A stretch of 63,990 nucleotides of DNA, counting the filler, from Octopus bimaculoides (Eukaryota): the NCBI RefSeq assembly GCF_001194135.2. It is 6 parts of 5 records of this genome, joined end to end, with 100 filler letters (N's around TTAATTAATTAA, not from the genome) between each part and the next. Parts side by side here need not be neighbours in the genome. Positions count along the whole stretch, not along the records: positions 47,741 to 62,007 come from NC_068988.1; positions 62,108 to 63,990 come from NW_026359311.1; 4 more parts are not named here. One strand, 5' to 3'. Below the pieces are notes generated by a model, which saw only the letters and a list, made by a program, of their open reading frames with translations, did no database searches and was not told the DNA's origin. The translations under genes were made by a program, and so were the position numbers. Below, piece by piece: positions 51,497 to 63,990 of the stretch; the stretch's first letter is position 1; each line of letters opens with the position of its first letter.

Positions 51497-51839
51497 TTAT
51501 CTTTATACTAACATTGTAGGAAATGTGTGAGAGCCTGGATCTGGTCGGTCTGAACATAAAACAGGTAGAATATTTGGATCGAATACGGTCGGTAAGCCTA
51601 CCAACATTTCACTTCTAGTAGAAGTACTGAACACTGGCATCTACGTGTACCATACGAAGTCCTTCATATTTTAGGCTCTTCCTTTCGTGTGCCCACTCCA
51701 TATTGCTTCCTATGGAACAATTAACGCAGTAATTACTATTTTCTTTTCGTTTAGTAGGACCACGCCGTAAGACTGAGTCATTGCTTAGCTATGGTAATAT
51801 AACTTGGGAACAACTCCTTACCACACAGCCAATCCTGCG

Positions 51840-52070
51840 CCTGTCATTTTAAAATGTAATTACATGTGGATTGTTGGCGATTTTTTATCTTCCGTCTTCC
51901 TTTTCTCTTGGACTTTTCTCTGTCTCCTGTTTCTGACAAAGAGCGTCTGCTCATAACGTAAAACCCTCTTTCTTTCCTTCTCTGAGCGTCTTTTAATACT
52001 TTGCATGTACCACGTCCTCACGATGTTGTTTTACTTGTATTTTTTCTCCGTTTTTTTTTGTGGGGGGAGA
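51840..52070 (+). mobile_element. Second Penelope-like repeat family with decayed hammerhead-like motif (51933-51960)
   Basis: gttt-CTGACAA-A-GAGC-gtct-GCTC-ATAAC-GTA-aaac; related copy at 4690-4880. Confidence 0.5.
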
Positions 52071-52118
<48 letters not shown>

Positions 52119-52796
52119 CTGGAACAAAATTAGAGGGCAGATAGACAACACAAAGGCGGACAAGAGAAACAACAATTAGAAGGACAGGCAAAAAGAGACG
52201 GGTCATTCTTGGCTTTCTTTCATCGGTCAAGTACCAGAAGTCACGACCATTTCGGACAGTTACATTTGAGATGGTTCGATCTGGTTGTCCCTCAAAAAGT
52301 CTAAGCTAAGAACATTAGATCCCTTTGTAAGAAAGCTCTCGAATGTGTACGGCAAGAAAGACAAAAAACAAAGAAAAAAACGGAGAACATGGTACACAAT
52401 TACAAAAACAAGAAATAACAGCAGACGTATTTCGACTGAGAACGATTCAAATTGAGCTGGCGTATATGAAGTGATAGCTTAAAGGCAGGAACATGGGAGA
52501 TGGACACAAGACATGTTGACAGCTGGCAGTCAGGCCAAGAAAGAAAGATCATAGCTGGTCGGACACCGGTCGCGTGGAAGGAGGAGATTGGAAGATTAGA
52601 AAGAAATTAGAGACAAAGGGAAAGGTGCAGGGGAGATAAACGAGTGGGAAATAGTGGGAGTTAGAGAAAGAGAGGGCCAAGGAATGTGAGAGAAGGGGAG
52701 CAAGAGAAAGGAAGAAAATAGAGAGGTGGGATAGTCTGATATTGGGGCATATGAGCTCTTGTTGAAAAAAAAATGGGTTTTAGTACACGTACCCAT

Positions 52797-52819
<23 letters not shown>

Positions 52820-52828
<9 letters not shown>

Positions 52829-53030
52829 GTTGAAATTTATAGAAAAACGAAAGACAAAGATAGGTGTAAGAACAACAAGCAGGTGTATTAGTTTGACGCT
52901 CGGGAAATAAAAAAAGTTTTTGACGTTTCGAGCCTACGCGCTTCAACAGAAAGGAATAAGAGAAAATAAACAGAGAGAAAAAAAACTTGTGGATGTAGCG
53001 GTCAAGCATGGCGACTGATTAGAAAAAAAA
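52820..53030 (-). mobile_element. Penelope-like pseudo-LTR remnant with hammerhead-like motif (52922-52949)
   Basis: Minus strand: ttt-CTGTTGA-A-GCGC-gtag-GCTC-GAAAC-GTC-aaa. Confidence 0.6.
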
Positions 53031-53499
53031 AATTGAAAGAAGACACAGACACACACACCCATGTATATGGCTACATGGTTTATTGTCTTTTTATTTCCCT
53101 ATATAAAATTGTACAGTGTTATTTAAGGGAAATTTTGGCTGCAGTAGCGTAGCATAGGTTTTGTTAGACACCTCCTTCCTTAAATATAACATACTTTCCA
53201 TTACAGAAAACACGCTTATACAAAGTAACTACCTTCAGCGGTTTGCACATCCTACACACCCCATGCTATGTCACTGTACACCGAATAATATGAATAATGA
53301 ATAATATATATATTCATCATCATCAGCAGCTGCATTCCACCACAACAGTAAACAGCTGCAATTAACTTTCACCAATTGCAGTTTTAATAATCAGTAGTGG
53401 TCCCGTGAACGGCTAATTAGGGAATCGTGTGATGCACAGGGATGCTAAGAATTTCGACAAAGTGTTTTGTCTGACCTACTCCCTAACAATTCTGCCCAT

Positions 53500-53551
<52 letters not shown>

Positions 53552-54188
53552 AGCTCTAGAATCTTTGTAGTTTGAGTCACTGTCTCCAATTTTGTTCCAA
53601 TTGTTCTTCAAATTTGGGATATGGATTAAGTTTAGTATATTAATTATGAAAGTGAAAATAATTATTAGCCTTTAAAGTTTGCAAAACTTGAATATTCTAG
53701 CCAATCAGAAGCGAGTATTTTACACATCACCGTGAAGTTCTGTTAGCATAGTAAGCAAAGAACAGTTTCCATAGAAACCGAGGAGTGTCACCACCACATG
53801 TTCCATAACTGCTTACAAAGAACTCTGTTTCCATGATGATGTGCATGCGCACAAGGAGTGTAACCACTACGTGTTCCATAAGAGTAGGAATTCGATTCGA
53901 AAACGGTATAGAGATTTTGACATGCCGGCACCTCTACTCCTTCTCGCCACTTTGACAGATGATGGAAGAGGAAGCGAACGCGCTGTTTTCTGATTAGCTG
54001 AAGATTCTGAAAATGATCAAACTTTGAACACCTGTAATATTTTCGCAAAATTTCCCTGGAATAAATGGATAACAAATTCGGATTCAGCGTCACAGATTAC
54101 ATCTAAATATATGCTACATTAAAAAAGAATTCTTTTTTTAAGATTTCGACATGCAGTGACTCAAACCATAATGATCCCAGCTCTATTC

Positions 54189-54369
54189 CAGTGCTCCACA
54201 ACCGGTGTTTCGCGGCACACTGGTGTGCCACGAGACGATGCTACGTGTGTCACAGTGTAACCTGAATATAATCTTTTTCCCTATATTTTTAGTTATATTT
54301 CTAGTTCAGGTATGCCGCCAAATTTTGAATAGAATATAAGCGTGCCGCAAGTGAAAAGAGGTTGCACTG
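54189..54369. mobile_element. hAT (Charlie-type) MITE
   Basis: Termini CAGTG...CACTG; exact 8-bp TSD ctctattc (54181-54188 and 54370-54377). Confidence 0.88.
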
Positions 54370-54785
54370 CTCTATTCAACGACTTACTACTACTCTATTC
54401 ATCGACCTCAAAAGATAAAATGCAAAACTGTATACATCGGGAATTGAACTCAAAACTCAGTGAGGCGGAACAAATACCACAAAGCATTGTATTCGTCGCT
54501 TTAACGACTCTGCCAACTTCCTTCTATGACATTACATACCATCTCCAAATAAGAAATTTCTGAACCATATTATTTCCACGAGTTGAAAATCTAATTAATA
54601 TTTTTGCATTCATTAACATTTAGTGAAAGGTCACAAAGTTCAACTGTTGACCTCACTTTAATGATATCAAGAAAGTGCTAACAGGTTGTGACAATGAGCT
54701 GAAGCCACAAGAGGCTGCTGGATAGCGCAGAAAGCTATTACCATCCTCCTTGCCTGCCAACACACTTGAGCTAAGTCACGCTTGC

Positions 54786-54849
<64 letters not shown>

Positions 54850-55371
54850 ATACATGTATGTATAGAATTATGTAGCATGATAGGAAGTACACATCTGAAC
54901 AAAGATCTGAAGCCCTTCCTGCAATAACCATCATTCATGAGCAGACAACGATGGCAACAGATGGAGAAAAACAAAGGCGCAATGAATTGAGGCCAGATGT
55001 AACAAAAATAACAAAGGTTCGGATACACTAAGAGGAAAGACATGTCCACAAATATAAGAGGACGTACGACCGGAAATGTATTCCAGTAACTAGTTCTTGT
55101 AAATGCGTTGTACATCTTAAACACAGTTATAGACGTGTAACACACTTGTATATATCGGGTTCGAGTCCCATGGCTGGTTGTTGACGAATTTCTTCGTCTT
55201 GTGAAGGTAATTTAACCAGTATTTCTGCTCTTCCAACTGCAACTCTGCGTACGAAAAAATATCACCTTATTTGTATCGTAAAGTACGCATTTCGACGCTT
55301 CTAAAAAAAGAACAAATATTTGTTTGTTTACATTTATACACTTGTATAAGCGTTGCAGTGAAGTAGCTTGG

Positions 55372-56040
55372 GGATCTTGTTCAAAACGGGGGCACCAGTA
55401 TTTTCTTAACGAAACGCTTTGAAACTTGGGACACTGGTAGAATGTGTCATATAAAACATCTTTTTCTCTTAGTCTTCTTAACAAAAAAACGCACATCGCA
55501 AGTTATTTCATGTTAAAGTTGTCGTATTTCTGTAATTTCAACCAATGACTGACGTCCATTCAGCCGTAAAAATTAAGTGCTGACTACGTAAACAAACGAT
55601 TCTCAAACGATTCTGGCGGTGATAAAATTATTATTTCCTTGTCAAAAAATGGCTGAAGCATATTGGCAGTAGCTAATAAACCTTTCTATTATAGGCACAA
55701 GGCCTGGTTTTTGAGGGAAGGAGCAAGTTAATTAGGGTTAGGGAAAACGAACACACGTGTGTTGCCTCTCTGCAAAATGTCAGAAGTAATGGAGATTAAA
55801 TACGCTTTACACCGCTTAAACTGCCAAAGGAGTAAGTGTAAACAATTGAATACTTGCCAGTGATTGGTTGAAATTATCGAAATAAGACAATTTTTTACAT
55901 GAAATAAATTCGAATACAAAAAATTTTTTTTGTTCTATAACACAAAATAGATAAGTATACGAAGTTTGAAAGTCTTTCGGTACCAAAAACACTACACAAA
56001 ACATAAATGAAAACTGGTGCCCCCGTTTTGAACAAGATCC
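55372..56040. mobile_element. Non-autonomous DNA transposon with GG termini and 8-bp TSD (Merlin- or Mutator-like)
   Basis: Perfect 28-bp TIR ggatcttgttcaaaacgggggcaccagt; further inverted similarity at about 55500-55550 and 55860-55910; TSD tagcttgg on both sides. Confidence 0.85.
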
Positions 56041-56355
56041 TAGCTTGGTTTAGTGGTTAGGGTATTCGGCTCAGGATCGTAATGTCGTGAGTTCAATTCC
56101 CGGCGACGTGTTGTGTCCTTGAGCAACACACTTTATTTCACGTTGCTCCAGTCCACTCAGCTGGCAAAATGAGTTGTACCTGTATTTCAAAGGGCCGGCC
56201 TTGTCACATTCTGTGTCACGCTGAATCTCCCTGGGAACTACGTTAAGGCTACACGTGTCTGTGGAGTGCTCAGCCACTTACACCTTAATTTCACGGGCAG
56301 GCTGTTTCGTCGATCGGATTAAATAGAACCTGCCTCGTGTAACTGACAGAGTGCC
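56041..56355 (+). mobile_element. tRNA-derived SINE family D (5' end split by the 55372-56040 TIR element)
   Basis: ggtttagtggttaggg (A box), gagttcaattcc (B box), ttgtgtccttgagcaacacacttt. Confidence 0.8.
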
Positions 56356-56356
56356 A

Positions 56357-56774
56357 TGTGTTACACATTGTAATAAATGTGTTACACATTGTAATAAATG
56401 TGTTACACATTGTAATAAATGTGTTACACTGTGAAAACACTTGTAGCTCTGTAACAGTGAAAATACAACTGATGTGTTACAGTGTAAACACATTTGTAGA
56501 ATGTGTTACACAGTGTGTAAATGCAGTTGTTGATGTTACATAGTGTGAACACATTTGTAGATGTGATGCAAATTTTTATCTTTTATCTTTTACTTGTTTC
56601 CGTCATTAGAGTTCGGCCATGCTGGAGCAACCCTTTGAAGAATTGTTTTTCGAATGAATCGACCCCAGCACTGATTTTTCTTTATAACCTGGTACTTGTT
56701 CTATCAGTCTCTTTTGCCGAAACTCTAAGTCACGGGGACATAAACACACCAACACATGCTATCAAGCAGTGGTT

Positions 56775-56825
<51 letters not shown>

Positions 56826-56974
56826 GCTCCTGAACCAGTTGCTGAGTGTCCCACCCATGAGGAATCGATGCTAGATGTGTCGAAACAATTGTCGTGATTA
56901 ACTAAAATAATAATAAATTCTCGTATGTCCCATCTTCTGTCTTTCATTTGCCATACACACACACACACACACAC

Positions 56975-57020
<46 letters not shown>

Positions 57021-57700
57021 TACACGACAGGTTTCTTTCAGTTTCTGTATATCATATCCACGCACAAGGCTTTGGTCAAGCCGAGGCTATAGCACAAAAT
57101 ACTTGTCCAAGGAACTGAACCCGGAGCCACGTGGTTGAGAAGCAAACTTCTTACCATACAGTCACGCCTAAATTTGTGTATGGGTTACAATGTAAACACA
57201 TTTTGTAGAATGTGTTACACAATGCCAACGCAGTTGCAGATGACTTACACTGTAAATACGTTTGAAAATGTATTACAGCAAACATAGTATTGGATATGTT
57301 ATGCATAGTAAACAAGGTCCCAAATGTGTTTTAAATACTTACAACTACTTTTACACTATGTTACACATTGTAAAAGTCGTATGTTATAGAGTTTAGTGTG
57401 TTACACAGTGTCAAAATAGTTGTAGTTCAAATACGCAGATTAAACGCAATTGTATATGCTGATCCACAGTGTAAACAAAGTTTATAGGCGTGTTTCAGCG
57501 TGGTTGAAACATACTTTCCTGTGTAAACACAGACGTTGTTGTGTAAATGTTGTATGTGTGGTTATACAGTTCTTGTATATGTGTTAACATACCGTAGTCA
57601 CAATTTTCAGATATGTTACCGTGTCTGAACGCTGAGCTTATAAATGTTTTGTAGTATTGTACACGGTGTCAGCATAGTTGTAGGTGCGTAACAGTTGACA
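56357..57700. repeat. 21-bp minisatellite (tgtgttacacattgtaataaa) grading into a degenerate array, split by a SINE
   Basis: About three near-perfect units at 56357-56430; gtgttacac words continue to about 57700. Confidence 0.8.
56575..57170 (-). mobile_element. SINE family B (interrupted), inserted in a minisatellite array
   Basis: Tail at 56575-56770, head at 57025-57170; flanked by 21-bp-type repeats on both sides. Confidence 0.75.
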
Positions 57701-59473
57701 CAGCTGTATGCACATATATGCATGCATACCTACATGTCACGCACATGACATACATACATACATACGTGCATGCATACATACATACATACATACGTGCATG
57801 CATACATACATACATACATACATACATACATACATACATACGTCTGTGTTGTACGTTGTAAAAGTGATGAAATTATGGTACATATTTCATACACTAGAAT
57901 TTTAAAACCAAGTTGCGAAATGAAACACGACTGTGACACACACACCGATCATCAGATATTCTAAACGCCAATTTTTTTTTTTTATACAAAGCAATCTAAG
58001 TCTTATATAACCCACCGCCCTTATTGGGATAAAAGAAATGATTTTAAAATAATGAGTACGTACATACACACATACGTACCTACGTACATACATGCGGACA
58101 TACAGACAGACATGCACACACCCAAACACGGGCACGAAACTTTTAGTAACAACACATACAATATACATACTCACATACACACATACTCGATTATATATTT
58201 ACTACACACACGCACACACACACACACACATATATACATGCATTTATTTGATACTCACATATACATACATGCAAAACAATATTCTCTCTTTCTCTCTCTC
58301 TCGTATTGACAAATATTCTGATGTAGCCTCCCACACAAAATACTCACTTCTTAGCCGCATACACGCACACACACACACACACCTATACACATATATAGAA
58401 GCACACGTAAACAGTGACATATACATACACACATACACGCAAAACCAGTAGTCTTCCTCCCTCTCTCCCTCCCTTTATACACCACTGTCTTGTTTAGTAG
58501 TAAGCTATTATATGATAAACTTCCTCTCATATTTACGTCACAGCAGGCAAAATGTAGCCATTGAACTGTTTAGAGTCTCACCCTCGCTCACTCGCTCACT
58601 CTCTCTCTCTCTCTCACTCTGACACACACACACTCTCTCTCTCTCTCACTCCTCCTCTCTCCACACATATACACACACACACACAACCTTAGATTAGCTA
58701 CCGTGCCGCGGCCCTGACTTCTATTTTCAGCTAAGCATCTCTGACCCTCGCCAACATTGATTTCAAACACAGCCTCGAAATGTCATAGAGAGGAAAATGT
58801 CCAAATGTGGCAAGATTTTCGTGAGGGTGTAAAACAAATTAATTCTTCATTAACTATAAGTTTTGGTAATAATAATAATAATAATAATAATAGTAATTGT
58901 AATAATAATAATAATAATAGCAACAACAACAACCATGATAATAATAATTTGTTTTAAAGGGTTGAGTATAACATAATGGCTGACCTATATTGGCTGGTCT
59001 TTCTTACAAAATATAGGAAATAGCGAACATGTTTATGATAATCGCTGCTTCTATCTCGCCTCTCCCACCCATAGAAAACGTTCTTCAGAATAATTGTTGA
59101 AATGGCAAGAGAAAATATAACCGTGGAGTACGAGATTGTGTGTGTGTCTCTCTCTATTTTAAAGGAGAGTTTTAGGTGTGTGACACGACCACATATTTCT
59201 GGGTTCAGTCCCACTGCGTGGCCTTTGGGCTAGTATTTTCTACAATAGCAGCAAACGATTCAAACAAAGCCTTTCGAATAGATTTGTTAGATGTTGTGGT
59301 TAGGGTTGTTTTTTTTATCTTAGGCAGATCTGTTGTAAGGCACGGAATTATTTAGAGCAGTGACCAACTCAAATTTAAGAATACTTGAAGTCAAATGGAT
59401 TGGGGTTCTGGACAACAAACTGGAAATCAAAGGTCTGCATCTTGTAGTCGGGTCAACATTATGTCATTATGCT

Positions 59474-59887
59474 AAGGCGGCGAACTGGCAGAAACGTTAG
59501 CACGCCGGGCGAAATGCTCAGCGGTATTTCGTCTGCCGTTACGTTCTGAGTTCAAATTCCGCCGAGGTCGACTTTGCCTTTCATCCTTTCGGGGTCGATT
59601 AAATAAGTACCAGTTACGCACTGAGGTCGATATAACCGACTTAATCCGTTTGTCTGTCCTTGTTTGTCCCCTCTGTGTGTAGCCCCTTGTGGGGAGTAAA
59701 GAAATAAGAAACGTTAGCACGCCGGGCGAAATGCTTAGCGGTATTTCGTCTGTCTTTACGTTCTGGGTTCGACTTTGTCTTTCATCCTTTCGGGGTCGAT
59801 AAATTAAGTACCAGTTGCGTACTGGGGTCGATCTAATCGACTGGCCCCTCCCCCAAAACTTCGGGTCTTGTAACTAGATTAGAAAAG
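59474..59887 (+). mobile_element. SINE family A dimer with 16-bp TSD
   Basis: Two units with junction at about 59708, flanked by attatgtcattatgct (59458-59473) and attatgtcattacgct (59888-59903). Confidence 0.9.
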
Positions 59888-60302
59888 ATTATGTCATTAC
59901 GCTATATCTAGAAGAGAAAACCAGTGACATGGCTAGAGAATGTACTGCCCGGGAAGCTCTGAATTTGCATCCCACGGCGTGCTCTTAGTCCTATACAAGC
60001 TCATACAGCAGGCCTAAAAGTGCCACCCTCAGCTCCGCTACTGGGGAAAGCGAGCCCTCAATAACTGAATATATCTTAATCAGAGTAGCTGCTTGTGTGT
60101 AGACTCACGTCATATCAAAAAGTAAGATAACTATCTTGTCTACCCAACAGAGGCTCGACAAATTGACAGAATAATACGGGCATCATATAGAAAGGCTTAT
60201 GGTATCTGTTCCGACTCTTTAGGTTCTGAGTTCAAATCCTACCCAGGTCAGCTTTAACTTTTCGGAGTCGATAATTAAAGAACCAGTCTAAGGCGGTGGA
60301 TT

Positions 60303-60522
60303 AAGGCGGCGAGCTGGCAGAGTGGTTAGGGACGCCGGGCGAAATGCTTAGCGGTATTTCGTCTGTCTTTATGTTCTGAATTCAAATTCCGCCGAGTTCG
60401 ACAATGCCTTTCATCCTTTCGGGGTCGATAAATTAAGTACCAGTTGCGTATTGAGGGTCAATCTAATCGACCCCCCCCCCCCAAAAAAAAAATTCGGGCC
60501 TTCTGCCTAGAGTAGAAAAGAC
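60303..60522 (+). mobile_element. SINE family A copy with 16-bp TSD, inserted in the head of an older family-A copy
   Basis: tctaaggcggtggatt at 60287-60302 and again at 60523-60538. Confidence 0.88.
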
Positions 60523-60694
60523 TCTAAGGCGGTGGATTGGCGAGACTGTTAGAGCATTGAACGAGATCCTGGTGGTGTTTGTGTTTAGTTCTGTGTTCTG
60601 ATTTCCACCAACAGCAATGTTATCACTCGTTATGCTGTGAAAGCAGGCGTCAAAATAGTACATGATAGACTACGGCACCGGCATCTCTCTACAT

Positions 60695-61223
60695 CAGTGT
60701 TTCCCAACCTTTTTTCCCGGCGCCCCACTTTTTCATAGCAAAAGTTTTTACGCCCCACCTTTTCCCATGTCCACTCACATTTACAAGTACATGTGGGCCT
60801 ACTTACAATTGAAAAAAATCAAAAATTAAAAAATTGTACTCAAAATACAAAAAAATAGCTTGAGAATTGAAACAACAGGCACTGAAAGTGCATAACACCC
60901 AATAAATCGATAAAATTATTACGATTTCTCATGTTTTTAAAAAATGTCAATTTATAAAGAATAAAGAAACACGTTTTTTCAGTTCAATTATTTGACGGTC
61001 AGCTCGACTAATTTAGTGAGAACCCTGTGCCTGATGCATACAGCACAAGTTTTTAATTTGAGGAGATGTGGAGGCTTCAAAGGAAAGACGGAATCTAAGG
61101 TTGTGCCTGCGATGACCGCTCGTCATGTACAAATATTTTCACAGCCCACGTCTATGCCCCGCGCCCCACCTGAATTTTCTCAGTCCCACCAGTGGGGCGT
61201 ACGCCCCACCTTGGGAATCACTG
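60695..61223. mobile_element. hAT (Charlie-type) MITE
   Basis: TIR cagtgtttcccaa / ttgggaatcactg; exact 8-bp TSD ctctacat (60687-60694 and 61224-61231). Confidence 0.9.
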
Positions 61224-63990
61224 CTCTACATAGTCTCTCTCCATTCTCTCATCATGACGGATAGCCTATCCACAGCCTCTCACCATGACTGTGTCGCGGA
61301 TAAAGGGGCTATGAAAACCAAGGACGCTGAGATTGAAGTCACGTTTCTCTCTCTCTCTGTAATGACGGTTTTTCATTTAGGCATAAAGGCTAGCAATTTT
61401 GAGTTAAAGAAATTGGAGGATCCCATCAGTTCCAATACCTGACATGTAGTTTTTTATCGACCGCAGAGGAATGTAGATCAAAGTTGATGTCGGTAGGATT
61501 TGAATCGGAACGTAAAAAGTCGAGAAAAAAAAAATCATAAAGCCATTATTTCGCCACCTATTTTTTCTGCAGTAATCAAAATCATTAACGAATGGCTCCA
61601 GGGTTTCAGAAGTCTTGGTAATATCCTCGATTACGAGGAAATACTGTCGACCACCGAACACTACAGAAACAGGAGATACGCTCCAATTAGATTCGTGTAT
61701 CGATTAATATTCTCACCCTGCATTATTTTGACACCAACTATAAAAATGAATAAATAAGATAAGGCTTAAAACATGTGCTCCCCATTTAGATTGTTTAAAT
61801 GAAAGCAGGATCTTATGGATAAACAAGCAAAATACTGTTGTTGCGACGAAATATCTCGTTTGTGGGTAGAATTCATCCTAATCTACTAGTTCTGATGTTT
61901 TCTGCCAATCCTCTTCAACTCAATAGTTCATATTCCATGAACTCGTACTTCGTATTTTTTTGTTGTACACGTTTCATGACGTCCTGTACCCACATATGCA
62001 TATATATNNNNNNNNNNNNNNNNNNNNNNNNNNNNNNNNNNNNNNNNNNNNTTAATTAATTAANNNNNNNNNNNNNNNNNNNNNNNNNNNNNNNNNNNNN
62101 NNNNNNNTATATGCGCGTGCATGTATGTATATATACACACGTGTGCGTGTGCGTGTCTGTATTTGAGTCTAAGTGAACATTTTTAATTACTAAACAAACC
62201 TGAAGTGCGTGAAACAAAAGGTACTTCTAGAACGATTGCGTTGCAGACACTGGAAGCAGATCAATTGAAAATTATGTGCGATCATAAAAGCAATTAACAT
62301 CGAATTTAATTACACTCGACTTTTCTCTCTAACGACAAAATGGAATTTAAATGAATTTAAAATCGATAAATCGATCAATGCAAATAATATTTGATTAAAT
62401 TGCAATTTGAAATATACTATTGTCAACGGAATATATTTTCAGAGATGATTACGTTACTACTACTACTACTACTACTACTAATACTACTACTACTACTACT
62501 ATCAAATCGACTCAAAAGGCTTTGGTCGACCCGCGGCTATAGAAGAATACAATTGCCCAAGGTGCCACGTAGTGGGACTGAACCCAGAACAATATGGTTG
62601 GGAAAGGTGGAAATAAAGTTACTATCTAGGGTGTAGGCTTTGGACGCTTCCAGAATGGAGAATAGTGCTTTTTTCTTTTCCACGGAGGTGATGGAGTATC
62701 TATGCAGGATGTTGGAATGCGGGGTTTAACGATATTTTAAATTATTAGTTTTATTCTGCTACTCTTTTCCTTGTTTCAATCATTTGACTGCGGCCATGCT
62801 GGAGCACCATCTTGGAGCACCACCTAGAAACAACAATGATTTTATTTTCTTTCGTGGTCAATAAATAACGTACCGGTTCTGTTCGATTTTCCTTTCACGC
62901 TAGATTATAAACAACAATACAAAATTCTAGACCTATCACGTGGTATTATACCGATTGGCGGCACGATGTGACAACTATGATGTGTAACAGAATGCGACAA
63001 GCACTTAGAACTCGTGGACGCATCATGACCAAAAGAATAAGCTATTTGCTTCACAATCACGACGTTTCGCGATCGATGCCACAGCTTGGAACACTGGACA
63101 AGTATCTTTTACCATTTCTTCGGTTCGATCCAAGCCTTGTAAGTGAATATGGATCGATGACAACTATACAGAAACTCGCAGATTTCACTGTATCGCTAAG
63201 TCACACATACAACCTTGATTCGTATCATATCACGCTGATTCAGTCTGAAGATTACAAAATTACTTCAGTGACATATACGCTAATTCAATGAATTAACGCT
63301 AATATCTCACCATATCGTGGTTCACCTATCACGCACTCAGTGCATCGCGGATTTTTCTGGTTAATACATGTAAATTTACATCGCGGACTCCTCAGTGTAT
63401 CACGGGCTTCATCGACCGATAGGTATTTATAATTTTTAGATTTTAATTATTTCTGTGGGAGGGTTTGGAGCGTAACACATGCGATAGTCGAGGAATTACT
63501 GCATCATCAGTCGAACAACTCAATGCTCTTCGTTGCAATTGACGGAGGTTTTCTTATTCATTTTATTGTGTCGCTATTATTTTGGGGGCTTTACTTAAAT
63601 TTCACAAATAGTTCAGAATTTGGGACCAATGAATGCTCATCGTGGCAACTGACGGAGAACCCACAGTTTTTTAATTGTGTGGCATGATCTTAAGGAAGTG
63701 TTATCTGTATGTCTCCGTGCTGCCATATTTCTTTCGATTATCCTTGTTTGATTAATTAAATTAGAGGAGGGACGGATATAAAATTATCGATCTGACACTC
63801 CAGGCAACACTTATAACGCCATTTGCAGAACTCCTTGTCACACGATTAGCCCCTCAGCATCCACCATCACCTTCTGCGCCACAACGACCATTATCACAGA
63901 CACCAGCATCATCAGGATCAAGAACATCATCATCAACAACGTCACTACCAGCAAATCCGCAATCACCACCACCACCACCACCACCACCAC

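Noticed and set aside
53702-53778. CCAAT plus RFX X-box-like GTTTCCATAGAAAC as a promoter
   Set aside because: No downstream gene is identifiable, and the surrounding 53.6-54.1 kb looks like a transposon relic.
55732-55743. TTAGGG telomeric repeat
   Set aside because: Only two units; expected by chance.
56357-56430. CRISPR-like array
   Set aside because: Contiguous tandem units without unique spacers, in eukaryotic DNA with no cas genes.
62968-63291. 107-aa non-repetitive ORF
   Set aside because: Its core (63035-63170) aligns to a decayed family-B SINE head.

Overview
AT-rich, microsatellite- and transposon-dense animal genomic DNA from a gapped draft assembly. The SINE/LINE repertoire suggests a coleoid cephalopod, most likely Octopus (inference from recalled repeat families, not from a search). 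Five artificial N44-TTAATTAATTAA-N44 spacers cut the window into six segments whose adjacency is not guaranteed. The only confidently identified gene is a partial TRMO (tRNA m6t6A37 methyltransferase, TsaA/TrmO family) on the + strand at 38015-40435: one complete internal exon and the terminal exon. It carries a long Thr/Ser/Pro-rich tandem-repeat linker. The upstream exons were not found. The rest is mostly decayed non-LTR retrotransposons (RTE, CR1-like, R4/Dong-like), at least four tRNA-derived SINE families, hAT and other TIR MITEs with exact TSDs, Helitron-like ends, Penelope-like remnants carrying minimal hammerhead ribozyme motifs, and mini/microsatellites. The most interesting leads are the hammerhead motifs, the TRMO repeat expansion, a speculative minus-strand multi-exon model at 2.4-3.9 kb with one in-frame UGA, and a CpG-depleted 30 kb block suggesting an unrecognised gene body. 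Repeat boundaries are approximate unless a TSD or TIR is given.
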